Shown: positions 49,400-60,620 of the stretch, in pieces
Numbering within the stretch: the first letter of the stretch is position 1
Layout: each line of letters opens with the position of its first letter
Assembly (NCBI RefSeq): GCF_963921235.1
Contig: NC_086108.1
Coordinates: 82,772,001 to 82,836,000 of the forward strand
Origin: Mobula hypostoma
Lineage: Eukaryota
Direction of reading: 5' to 3'
Length of the DNA stretch: 64,000 bases
Notes under the pieces: model-generated
Databases searched by the model: none
What the model was told of the DNA's origin: nothing
The model's input: the letters and a program-made list of their open reading frames with translations, nothing else
Program-made: the position numbers and the translations under genes

Positions 49400-50051
49400 T
49401 TGGTTCCAACCTATCGATGCAGCTATAAAGAAGGCAAGACAGCGACTAAAATTCGGAGTATGAAGAGATTTGATATGTCAACAAAAACACTCAAAAACCT
49501 CTATTGATATACTGTGGAGAGCATTCTGACAGGCTGTATCCCTGTCTGGTATGGGCGGGGGTGGGGGGGGGGTGAGATCTACTGCACAGGACCGAAAGAA
49601 GCTGCACAGAGTCGTAAATTTAGTTGGCTCCATCTTGTGTACTAGCCTACAAATTATCCAGGACATCTTCAAGAAGTGGTGCCTCGGAAAGACAGCATCC
49701 ATTATTAAGGACCCCCAGCACCCAGTGCATGTCTGTCTCTCACTGTTACCATCAGGTAGGAGGTACAGAAGCCTGAAGGCACACACTCAGCAATTCAGGA
49801 ACAGCTTCTTCCCCTCTGCCATCCGATTCCTAATGGACAATGAGCCCATGAACGCTACCTCACTTTTTCAATATATATTATTTCTGTTTTTGCACGATTT
49901 TAATCTATTCAGTATACATATACTGTAATTTATTTATTTATTTATTCTTTTCTCTTCTATGTTATGTATTGCATTGAACTGCTGCTGCTAAGTTAATAAA
50001 TTTCACGACATATGCCGGTGATAATAAACCTGATTCTGTTTTTGATTCTGA
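49400..50051 (+). mobile_element. Rex1-type LINE 3' fragment
   Basis: KDPQHP...LLPSGRRYRSLK and an AATAAACCTGATTCT tail. Confidence 0.85.
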
Positions 50052-51570
50052 CTGTTGAGAGTTCTTACTGCTAATGTTTTGCTCTTTAATACTTGCTAAA
50101 TTGCTTCATTAACAAAAGCTTGAAATCTGGTTAAGAGTGGGTGTTAATCCACTTACCTGTGTGAGGAGACACATCCTGTGAAGGTATATATGCAGAAACA
50201 GACTAGAGACATAGAAAAGGGCACCCAAATTCTCCATTTATATTTTGGTGGAGCTTTTGTCTTCTGGACAGGGCTGCCTCTATGCTTCCTGAATTCAGAC
50301 AGGAAGGGCCGATGGTCCTTTTGTCAACAGACTTCATTCTGAAATTGTTGGAAACACATTATATTTCTAAAGACCTGATAATGTTATCAAACTCATGACC
50401 AATAAATCATACAACATCTAGGTCTATGCAGCAAAGTGCCACTTCCTAGTCACAGACAAACTGGGAGGACTGACTTCTATAGATACACCCTATCCTCGTT
50501 ATATGCGGGGGATACGTTCCTCAAAGTCGACGCATAATGTGAAAACACGTGATGTGAATAATTATTTAAATGGAGAAAATAGGGATGCGTTCCAGAGGGC
50601 TTCCAAAATATGTTTTATCTGTAATTTATTCACATTTTCATACCAATATGACACTAAAACAATACCACAAGGCAACATTCGTAATATATTTAATCAATTT
50701 AAGGTAATATTCAATGTAATAAATCACAGAAAGTTAACATACTAGGGTGTACAGTACTCACCAACAGTGGCAGGTGTGTTCACTCCGGGAGATGAGTGGC
50801 TGTTGTGGTGTCGGGCAGCTTTACATGGATGAGGTGGATGGTTGTGGGTCGTCAGGATCATCAAGGACAGCAAGGGGTGAAGGAAGACTTATAGAACTCT
50901 CAGAACTGCCGGCAGCAGGAGATGACACCGGTTTGAAGAAAGTGGTGAGGATTGTTTGCTCGGCAGCATTTTGTTGTTCAGCATAAATTTGCTTGTAGGG
51001 AAGAAGGATTGACTGCAGGGAACGACTGAAATGCTGACTCCATTCTAAACTTGGGTCCATGTCCATCGCCATTTGTGCCAAGTGTTCCACAGCCTTAAAA
51101 AATTCTGCCAGTTGCTTCACCATAAAATTCTTCACCTGCAACTTGACACTTTCTTCTTCATTGTTATCACCTTCAGTCTGAGTTAACCGCGGAAGGCCAT
51201 CCACACTTATTTCTTCATCACGAGAATCCAGGAGTTCTACCACGGCAGCAGTCTCGAGATCTGAGAATCCTTCCCCACCAATTTTACGGCCCAGAGCCAC
51301 ACAATCCTAGACAGCTGCAGTGAAGGCAGGAAACCCCTTGGGAGTATGCACACACTCTGTTCAGATTGATTTCCACGCTCCATTGAGAGTGGAAGACCTG
51401 ACCTCTTTCCAGGATTCATCAATGCTGTTGATGGCATGTCTGATGTTGAAGGACTTCCACCATTCCCTCATCGTTGATAAACTCCGGGGATTTTCAGAAT
51501 CGCCTGTTGCTTGCAGCATCTGAGAGATAGTTCCCCGTAAAAAATATGCCTTGAATGTGGATATCACACC

Positions 51571-54168
51571 TTGGTCGAGTGGTTGAATCAGCGATGTTGT
51601 GTTAAGTGGCAGGAAATGTACTGTTCTGTTAGGATCAATGCTGTCCAAATTTTTAGGATGGGCTGGCGCATTGTCAAGCAACAAAAGAGCTTTAAAGGCA
51701 AGATTCTGTTCCTGGCAGTAGCGTTCAGTCTCAACAGCAAAATGATTAGCAAACCAATCTTCAAAGTTATAATGGGTGACTTCAATCTACATGTAGACTG
51801 GGTGAACCAAATTGGTAAAGGTGCTGAGGAAGAGGATTTCTTGGAATGTATGCGGGATGGTTTTTTGAACCAACATGTCGAGGAACCGACTAGAGAGCAG
51901 GCTATTCTGGACTGGGTTTTGAGCAATGAGGAAGGGTTAATTAGCGATCTTGTCGTGAGAGGCCCCTTGGGTAAGAGTGACCATAATATGGTGGAATTCT
52001 TCATTAACATGGAGAGTGACGTAGTTAATTCAGAAACAAAGGTTCTGAACTTAAAGAGGGGTAACTTTGAAGGTATGAGACATGAATTAGCTAAGATAGA
52101 CTGGCAAATGACACTTCAAGGATTGACGGTGGATATGCAATGGCAGGCATTTAAAGGTTGCATGGATGAACTACAACAATTGTTCATCCCAGTTTGGCAA
52201 AAGAATAAATCAAGGAAGGTAGTGCACCCGTGGCTGACAAGAGAAATTAGGGATAGTATCAATTCCAAAGAAGTAGCATACAAATTAGCCAGAGAAAGTG
52301 GCTCACCTGAGGACTGGGAGAAATTCAGAGTTCAGCAGAGGAGGACAAAGGGCTTAATTAGGAAGGGGAAAAAAGATTATGAGAGAAAACTGGCAGAGAA
52401 CATAAAAACGGACTGTAAAAGCTTTTATAGATATGTAAAAAGGAAAAGACTGATAAAGACAAATGTAGGTCCCCTGCAAACAGAAACAGGTGAATTGATT
52501 ATGGGGAGCAAGGACATGGCAGACCAATTGAATAATTACTTTGGTTCTGTCTTCACTAAGGAGGACATAAATAATCTTCCAGAAATAGTAAGGGACAGAG
52601 GGTCCAGTGAGATGGAGGAACTGAGCGAAATACATGTTAGTAGGGAAGTGGTGTTAGGTAAATTGAAGGGATTGAAGGCAGATAAATCCCCAGGGCCAGA
52701 TGGTCTGCATCCCAGAGTGCTTAAGGAAGTGGCCCAAGAAATAGTGGATGCATTAGTGATAATTTTTCAAAACTCGTTAGATTCTGGACTAGTTCCTGAG
52801 GATTGGAGGGTGGCTAATGTAACCCCACTTTTTAAAAAAGGAGGGAGAGAGAAACCGGGGAATTATAGGCCGGTTAGCCTAACGTCGGTGGTGGGGAAAC
52901 TGCTGGAGTCAGTTATCAAGGATGTGATAACAGCACATTTGGAAAGCGGTGAAATGATCGGACAAAGTCAGCATGGATTTGTGAAAGGAAAATCATGTCT
53001 GACGAATCTCATAGAATTTTTTGAGGATGTAACTAGTAGAGTGGATAGGGGAGAACCAGTGGATGTGGTATATTTGGATTTTCAAAAGGCTTTTGACAAG
53101 GTCCCACACAGGAGATTAGTGTGCAAACTTAAAGCACATGGTATTGGGGGTAAGGTATTGGTGTGGGTGGAGAATTGGTTAGCAGACAGGAAGCAAAGAG
53201 TGGGAATAAACGGGACCTTTTCAGAATGGCAGGCGGTGACTAGTGGGGTACCGCAAGGCTCAGTGCTGGGACCCCAGTTGTTTACAATATATATTAATGA
53301 CTTGGATGAGGGAATTAAATGCAGCATCTCCAAGTTTGCGGATGACACGAAGCTGGGTGGCAGTGTTAGCAGTGAGGAGGATGCTAAGAGGATGCAGGGT
53401 GACTTGGATAGGTTGGGTGAGTGGGCAAACTCATGGCAGATGCAATTTAATGTGGATAAATGTGAAGTTATCCACTTTGGTGGCAAAAATAGGAAAACAG
53501 ATTATTATCTGAATGGTGGCCGATTAGGAAAAGGGGAGGTGCAACGAGACCTGGGTGTCATTATACACCAGTCATTGAAAGTGGGCATGCAGGTACAGCA
53601 GGCGGTGAAAAAGGCGAACGGTATGCTGGCATTTATAGCGAGAGGATTCGAGTACAGGAGCAGGGAGGTACTACTGCAGTTGTACAAGGCCTTGGTGAGA
53701 CCACACCTGGAGTATTGTGTGCAGTTTTGGTCCCCTAATCTGAGGAAAGACATCCTTGCCATAGAGGGAGTACAAAGAAGGTTCACCAGATTGATTCCTG
53801 GGATGGCAGGTCTTTCATATGAAGAAAGACTGGATGAACTGGGCTTGTACTCGTTGGAATTTAGAAGATTGAGGGGGGATCTGATTGAAACGTATAAGAT
53901 CCTAAAGGGATTGGACAGGCTAGATGCGGGAAGATTGTTCCCGATGTTGGGGAGGTCTAGAACGAGGGGTCACAGTTTGAGGATAGAGGGGAAGCCTTTT
54001 AGGACCGAGGTTAGGAAAAACTTCTTCACACAGAGAGTGGTGAATCTGTGGAATTCTCTGCCACAGCAAACTGTTGAGGCCAGTTCATTAGCTATGTTTA
54101 AAAGGAAGTTAGATATGGCCCTTGTGGCTACAGGGGTCACGGGGTATGGAGGGAAGGCTGGGTTCTGA
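51571..54168 (+). CDS. Uninterrupted chimeric frame: about 65 codons antisense to Tigger plus CR1 ORF2 (C-terminal part of APE endonuclease and complete RT)
   Basis: 865-codon ORF with GDFN, SDHN, YRPVSLTS, DFQKAFD, PQGSVLGP and FADD. There is no evidence of expression. Confidence 0.6.
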   Translation: MVEWLNQRCCVKWQEMYCSVRINAVQIFRMGWRIVKQQKSFKGKILFLAVAFSLNSKMISKPIFKVIMGDFNLHVDWVNQIGKGAEEEDFLECMRDGFLNQHVEEPTREQAILDWVLSNEEGLISDLVVRGPLGKSDHNMVEFFINMESDVVNSETKVLNLKRGNFEGMRHELAKIDWQMTLQGLTVDMQWQAFKGCMDELQQLFIPVWQKNKSRKVVHPWLTREIRDSINSKEVAYKLARESGSPEDWEKFRVQQRRTKGLIRKGKKDYERKLAENIKTDCKSFYRYVKRKRLIKTNVGPLQTETGELIMGSKDMADQLNNYFGSVFTKEDINNLPEIVRDRGSSEMEELSEIHVSREVVLGKLKGLKADKSPGPDGLHPRVLKEVAQEIVDALVIIFQNSLDSGLVPEDWRVANVTPLFKKGGREKPGNYRPVSLTSVVGKLLESVIKDVITAHLESGEMIGQSQHGFVKGKSCLTNLIEFFEDVTSRVDRGEPVDVVYLDFQKAFDKVPHRRLVCKLKAHGIGGKVLVWVENWLADRKQRVGINGTFSEWQAVTSGVPQGSVLGPQLFTIYINDLDEGIKCSISKFADDTKLGGSVSSEEDAKRMQGDLDRLGEWANSWQMQFNVDKCEVIHFGGKNRKTDYYLNGGRLGKGEVQRDLGVIIHQSLKVGMQVQQAVKKANGMLAFIARGFEYRSREVLLQLYKALVRPHLEYCVQFWSPNLRKDILAIEGVQRRFTRLIPGMAGLSYEERLDELGLYSLEFRRLRGDLIETYKILKGLDRLDAGRLFPMLGRSRTRGHSLRIEGKPFRTEVRKNFFTQRVVNLWNSLPQQTVEASSLAMFKRKLDMALVATGVTGYGGKAGF

Positions 54169-54267
54169 GTTGGATGATCAGCCATGATCATAATAAATGG
54201 CGGTGCAGGCTCGAAGGGCCGAATGGCCTACTCCTGCACCTATTTTCTATGTTTCTATGTTTCTATG
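51767..54267 (+). mobile_element. Young 5'-truncated CR1 LINE
   Basis: Starts within the endonuclease at IMGDFN and ends in (TTTCTATG)3 at 54244-54267. Confidence 0.97.
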
Positions 54268-55565
54268 ATTTGACCTGTGACCCATGCTTTCCTGTTAGCT
54301 GCCCAGTGGACAGGAAGCATATTCTTACTCAAACCCTTAAGAGCACAAAGGTTTAGTGAATGGTAAGCTAAGAGAGGCTTCATCTTACAGTCTCCTTCGG
54401 CATTGGAACACATAAGCAAAGCTAATCTATTCTTTGCTGCTTGAAACCTGAAACAGTTTTTTTCATTCTTACTTATGTAAGTGCATTTTGGCATACGCTT
54501 CCAAAAATGTCCGGTCTCATCTGCATTAAGCACCTGCTTTGGTGTGATGCCTAACTCAGCTATCATAGCTCACAACTGCACAGAGTAGTGTCCCAGAGCT
54601 GTGTTACCTTCACATGACGCCGCCCTGTTTATAATTTCCAACTTTTTTTCAGGTGTTAAAGCGGTTCTCTGCTGCTTGGCTGATGGCCCAGGACTTGACA
54701 TCGAACACTTAGGAGGGATAGTTAAATATTTCAAGCACCAAATCACTGCACCGTAGGTAAAAACAACAAAAGTTTAAGAGCACAAGATCGCACATCCACG
54801 CATTTCCAAAACCAATGCAAGACTGGCGGGAGTGAGACTATGAGGCATGCGCACGTGACTTGTATTGGCGGGAAAGCAGTGCTCCTCACATAACTGTGAG
54901 TTTTGGACGTATATAAAGGAGAAGTTGGTTGAAATAGGTTCCTCGCATAACTGTGAATCCGCATTGTCTGAAGACACATATAACGAGGATAGGGTGTATA
55001 TGGCAGCCATATCCAGGAGCTCCCTGACATAAAATACCTTTCCTCCAAATGAGTTAACATACTTGGTGCTATCTGTTACTAAACCAGTATTCTGTATCCT
55101 TTCAATTATGCAGATAATTAATAGGTTCCTTAATTCTTTTTTGCTGATGATCCTGCAGCAAGTGTTAGTGACAGGCAAATAGGTGAGTGGAAGTCCTCAA
55201 CATTATGTAAACAAGTGTATAGCAGACCGTGGGAAATGTCTTTAGGAATGAACTTTAGCCTGCTCTTTATCAGAATCAATGCAAACATTTTCAAGGACAC
55301 AGACAGTAATAGCCTCAGAGCTAGCCAGCGTGGGTTTGTTTGTGAGATACTACACTCCTTCACCCATTTATACTGGGTATTGGATATTGGATCACAAGCT
55401 TCTCAGAGCGATCTGAAATGCTTGTTCTTCTCTCTGAATTAGCGATTCCCATGATTTCATGGGAATGTCATATATTGGAATTGGATTCCTATATCTCTTA
55501 AGAAGTTTTCCAGAAAGTTCTCTTATCATCCACCTGGTAATCTCTTCCAGTGACAGTACTTCCAG

Positions 55566-55875
55566 TGGCCGCCACATAGCATAGTGGTTAGCGTGATGCT
55601 ATTACAGCTCAGGGTATTCCGGAGTTTTGAGTTTAATTCCAGTGCTGTTCTGTAAGGAGTCTCTGTACATCCTCCCTGTGGAATGCATGGCTTTTCTCCG
55701 GGTCCCCCAGTTTCCTCCCACAGTCCGAAAGGCATGCCACGTAGTTCAATTGGTCATTGCAAATTATCCTGTGATTAGTCTAGGGTTAATCGGATTTGAT
55801 GGGGATTGCTGGGCGGCATGGCTTGAATGGCTGGAAGAGCTCAGTCCAGGCTGTATCACTAAATAAATAAATAAA
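55566..55875 (+). mobile_element. V-domain-type (HE1-like) SINE, near full length
   Basis: A-box TAGCATAGTGG, B-box-like GAGTTTAATTCC, V-like CAGTTTCCTCCCACAGTCCGAAAG, (TAAA)n tail. Confidence 0.7.
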
Positions 55876-56239
55876 CTTGGAGTAGAATGCCTATTCTCGT
55901 TCAGATGCACAAATGATATTGCCCGCCCAGAAGAACTGTACAAGTCTAGTTGGGCCGCACGGCTGAAGCTTTTGATCAAGGAATGGATGCTGACTTGATT
56001 TGCTTATACTCCTAGTGGGTTTGGAGGATTTTTGTCAAGGCATTGTCAATTGTTCTCTCTGTCCTTGTTTCGAAAGTAGCCTATGGTTCAGAAGCATAAT
56101 TGAAGGGCAGGGATCACTGGTGTTCTGTGTTGGAGTTGAGCCCACTCTGAAATATAGAGGTTGAAAATATTTAATGAAAGAGGAATTCAGAGTATTGTTA
56201 AAGAATGTTAGCCAGGCACTGGGTAACCTAAAGATAAAG

Positions 56240-56580
56240 GGAAAAATATTGTCTTATTTGTGACATGTGCATCAAAACATAGAAGCACACAGTGAAGTGT
56301 ATTATCTTTTTGCGTCAATGAAAAACGCGGCTTGGGGATTGTGTTCAGGTCAACCCACAAGTTTCACCATACTTTCAATGAGCAACATGGCATGCCCACA
56401 ACTTACTAACGCTGACTTGTACATCCTTTGAATGTGGGAGGAAAGTAGAGCACCCGGAGGAAGCCCCTTGCAGCCTCGGGATGAACCAGCAAACTCCTTA
56501 CAGACAGGGGCAGGAAATCGGTCATCACTGGTGTTGTTAAGTGATTGTGCTAACTGCTACACCATTGTGCTGCCCACCTG
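56240..56580 (-). mobile_element. V-domain-type SINE
   Basis: Reverse-complement similarity to 29045-29370. Confidence 0.6.
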
Positions 56581-57780
56581 TATTGGCCCATGACTTTCAA
56601 CAGCCACTTGAGCCTTTGCACCAGGCAACTAAGGCTTTTATTTCTAAAGGATAACATCCTCCAGCTCTGAAAAATAAGGAGCATCACAGTGGGAGAGATG
56701 ATGTTACCCACAAAGTGAAGTGACTTCAGATGGTGGATGTAGTATTTATGGGTGGTAATTATTGCACAGTTAAGATTTTTGAAATCATGAGAAGATTTTG
56801 CAAGCCATTTCCTGACAACAGAATCACAAGAAGTTAGGGTTCAAGAAACTGAGAGTGCTGCCTGGTAGGAAAACAGAAGAATACTCAGCTGGGGAGGGGT
56901 GAGATCGAGAAGAAAATTGAACATAAAAGCAGGGGTCTTGGAATTAATTTACCCCTGATCCTGACCAAGGATGGGACATTACGTGTTCAAAACAACCATA
57001 CTAAATGATAAGGTGAAAAAAATAGTGGTCCTGTACAGCACAGAGACCCACCTCTCAGTTGCAGTTGTGGGATCTTTGTTCCTTTGATACATTCATGTAC
57101 CATTTTATGAAGTTCACTTTGGTTTGTGTGACTTCATTCTACTTTAATCATGAAAAAAAGAACTGGTGACAAAGGATATGTTATACAATGAAAATGCGCG
57201 TTGTCCTCCTTTGCTTTCATCGCCGAAGATGCAACCCTTATGGGACCAGAAATAAAATTACAAAAGCGAATAAAAGCAGAAGCTGGCCCGTTTCATGCTA
57301 ATGTTGCACGATTACCTATTAACTGCCAAAACAAATGGCAGAAATGAGGAAAGTGACACCCAAATAAAAAATGTCACAGGTGATCGATTTATCGCATCTA
57401 ATGTCCTGGCTGTATGGCTTGAACAGACTGGTTGACAACACAATACTAATATTATATTATAGCCTTCACGGCGCTCAGTGCGAGATGATGTATAACTGTC
57501 ACTTCAAGTGCCATTCACTGTAGGGGCTTGGGCGGGCAAGCATGGAAAATGGAATGGTTAGGATTAATGATTCTGAAAATGATGGGAAGATTGAAATTCC
57601 ATCATTCCCTCGCTGCATGCAGATTGAAGTATACCTCAGAGCAATCTCGACTTTAAAACAACAGGGCAATGACAGTTCCATTTATGTTTTTTTTAAATGC
57701 CTACAGACCTTTTTTTTATTTTATTTCGTCTTTAGACCTAATCAGCTCTCTTGCTGTGGGAGAAGTTCCAGGAGGCAATG

Positions 57781-57810
57781 ATGCTAATCACATGCAAATA
57801 TAATGCAAAT
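57781..57810 (+). promoter_or_regulatory. Three phased octamer (POU) motifs
   Basis: ATGCTAAT at 57781, ATGCAAAT at 57792 and ATGCAAAT at 57803, spaced 11 bp apart in non-repeat sequence. Confidence 0.4.
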
Positions 57811-58579
57811 TACCAGCACCCTGAGCCAAATGGGTAAAGTTTCTTTATGAAGCAAATTAAGAGGGACTTGCTGAGCGAAATGGTTGGTTGATCAGTGACT
57901 ACATCAACTGCCAGCTGTGAATTCCAGTTTACATTGAAATCTGTAGTTTGCAAAATTATGTATAATTTTTTGTCATTAAAGATGCCAGGCTCTCTATTCG
58001 CTGGATCTGCTCAGGAAAGATTTGGTACATTTACTTTATTTTATTCGCTTAAACATATTACGTATGGTTGGCAAATGAGATTATCATTTCTTTGAGGTTA
58101 GTATGCTGTATTTAAAATGTAGGAATGAATAATAGATATCTTTAAATAAATTTGCCATTCGATGTCTTAAATAAGAGTCAAATCAAAGCAGTAAACTATG
58201 ATAATGTGAATCACGGAAGTCTGATGAGGAATAAAGTCAAGTGAAAATACGTAAATAGATTTAATAAAAGGGACAAGATACTACATAGTCTTCTTTAGTA
58301 ATTCTGCACTAATGATGCAGTAAATTTTGCAATATCTTTCCGCATTGGGCAACATATTAGTGTCTCAACAGGACTCACTCATGACAAGATATTAAAGAAA
58401 CATTTTTTTCCATATTCTGTGGTACTTTCCTTTACATTCTTTCTCTTCCTCACTTAGTTTATTTTCCCCATAAACCAGCTTCCACCAGTCTGCACTCTTT
58501 CTCCTTGTATTCACACTAATCATTTAGCATGTCTCTTCTAACCTATTCCTGCATTACATGCAAGCAACTTAGTTTTTAG

Positions 58580-59070
58580 GATGTGAAATTCTTTGATTTG
58601 CAACAGCAGTACTGTGCAAGACACAAGATCTATAAATTACAAGAATAAATGAATAGTGTAAAAGAAAGGAATAATGAGGTAATATTTATGGATTTGTGAG
58701 CTGTTCAGAAATCTGATGGTGGAGGGGAAGAAGCTATCCCTGAATCACCCAATATTGATCTTCACTCTTCTGTTCCTCATCCCTGATGGTAGTAACAAGA
58801 AGAGAGCATGTTTGAGATGGTGGAGGGTCCTTAATGATGGATATAGCTTCTTGAGCATCATCTGTTAAAGATTTTGTCGATGATGGAGGTGGTTGTGACA
58901 CTGATGGAACTGACTGACTCTAAAACCCTCTGCAGCCTCTTGCAATCCTGCACAATGGAGACTCCATACCAGACTGTTGTAGAACCAATCAGAATGCTCT
59001 CCACCATGTATCTATAAGAGTCTTTGGTGACACACTGAATCTCCTCAAACCCCTAATAAAGAGGAGCCAC
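58580..59070 (-). mobile_element. Degraded Rex1-type LINE 3' fragment
   Basis: Similarity to 35900-36490. Confidence 0.7.
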
Positions 59071-59887
59071 TTCGGGGCCCAATGCCTTGTGAGGGTTCAC
59101 CCTCTTGAAGAATGTCCTGACATCAGTCTCCAAGACAGAGATCATGAAGTCGCCAAGTGCTGTGGGGGATGCACACAGGTATAGTGCTATTCTCCATTTC
59201 GGAGCATGCATAAAAGGCATTGTCTTATAGGAAGCAATGGCATATAAACCCTTCCAAAGCTATCATGCATCTAATTGTGTCTCTAATTTCACATGGAATT
59301 TCCTGGGAGAATGGGACTTTTCACCATTACACCCTTTCCAAAGATCTCCTTCCATCTCAGAAACTTATATCTGTGTAGAGTTTTACAATCCATTTTCTGA
59401 GGTATTCAGAATTATCTACTGCTATATTCCCACGAGGCCAGTCATAGGAACACCTTTCAAGGATTTACTCTTTTTGACTTTCTACAAACAATTACTCCTA
59501 GCTCTTTGGAGCATATATTGAAATACTACTTTTTCACATGCTGTCAAACCATGTGATGTTTATTGTCTTCGTCAGGTTGTAAGTGTCTGGAAGCTGCAGG
59601 ATTCACACTTATCTATCAGGGTTCTCAGTCTCCCATCTTTATATTTATTTCTACTCAGTAATTGTATCCAATGTTGATCATCAGTTGATTATTCCTTGTT
59701 GCTTTTTAGTAACTTCATCCACTTTCGTTAGATGGTAAATTTGGAGTGAAGCTGTAACTCCATCTCCAACTTTGTAGTCCACTGGATGGAGCCACAAATT
59801 ATTTAAGCATGCAGAGCTGTAGGTTCAGAATCCTCATCCACAGACAAGCAAGAGACATCAAAAGAGTGTATGATTCATTTTTTAAAC

Positions 59888-60135
59888 TCAAGAGATTCTG
59901 CAGGTGATTGAAATCCAAGCAACACACACAAAATGCTGGAGGAACTCAGCAAGCAAGGCAGCATCTATGCAAAAGAGTAAACAGTCAACATTTTGGACCA
60001 AGGTCCTTCATTAGACTCAGCCCGAAACATCAACTGTTTACTATTTTACAGGCCAAGATCCTTTATCAAAGGGTCTGGGCTTGAAATCAAGTCCTGATGA
60101 AAAGTCTCGGCCCGAAATGTCAACGATTCACTTTT
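59888..60135. mobile_element. PLE-derived fold-back element with several hammerhead-like remnants
   Basis: PLE terminus as at 9644, inverted arms at about 59976-59997 and 60021-60042, plus-strand AGTC-CTGATGA-AAAGTCTCGGCCC-GAAATGTC at 60090-60121. Confidence 0.7.
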
Positions 60136-60299
60136 TCCCTGTTTCCATAACATCATTATCCTAAGGATCTCTATTTTTATTTTAATCAAAGTGAACCATT
60201 CCGAAGTAATTTTAAATACTTTGTCTAATTATGAATTTGTAAATTGCTTAATTTAAACGTGTCAGAAAGGCTTGAGTTTGTAAAATCAGTCCCAAACTA

Positions 60300-60620
60300 A
60301 AGGAGTGACACATTGTTAGAATGATGGTATTTCACAATAATATTAAACCAAGATTTCCTCTGTCCTTTGAGAGAAATGTGAAGAACCTCTCTGCAGATTT
60401 TTGACCAAGATCAGGGAGCTTTCCTGGTGTCCTGTCCAACATTTATCTTTCAGTTGATGCACACAGTTACTGGTTCATTTCATATGATAATGATTTACAG
60501 AATTAAATTCACAAAGAAACAACTGTGTAAAAATTCTATATCTTAAAGTAAATAATTAATTGTGACGCACTGTGGGCTGTCATAAGAACATAAAGGTACT
60601 ATAAAATGCCAACTTTTTCC
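60300..60620 (+). mobile_element. Ancient Deu-domain-like SINE (AmnSINE1/SacSINE1-related)
   Basis: CAGGGAGCTTTCCTGGTGTCCTGTCCAACATTTATC and the tail AAAGGTACTATAAAATGC resemble the Deu-SINE consensus as I recall it. Confidence 0.55.

Larger units (their letters stand above)
50486..54996 (-). mobile_element. Tigger/pogo DNA transposon (DD32D) with perfect 20-bp TIRs, interrupted by CR1
   Basis: TIR CACCCTATCCTCGTTATATG at 50486-50505 and its exact reverse complement at 54977-54996, TA on both flanks. Transposase motifs NADETG, LLDNAPAH and IQPLDQG with 32 residues between the last two Asp. Confidence 0.95.

Noticed and set aside
53082..53786. Antisense ORFs shared between the two CR1 copies
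   Set aside because: Expected from near-identical copies of the same element; there is no independent evidence of function.
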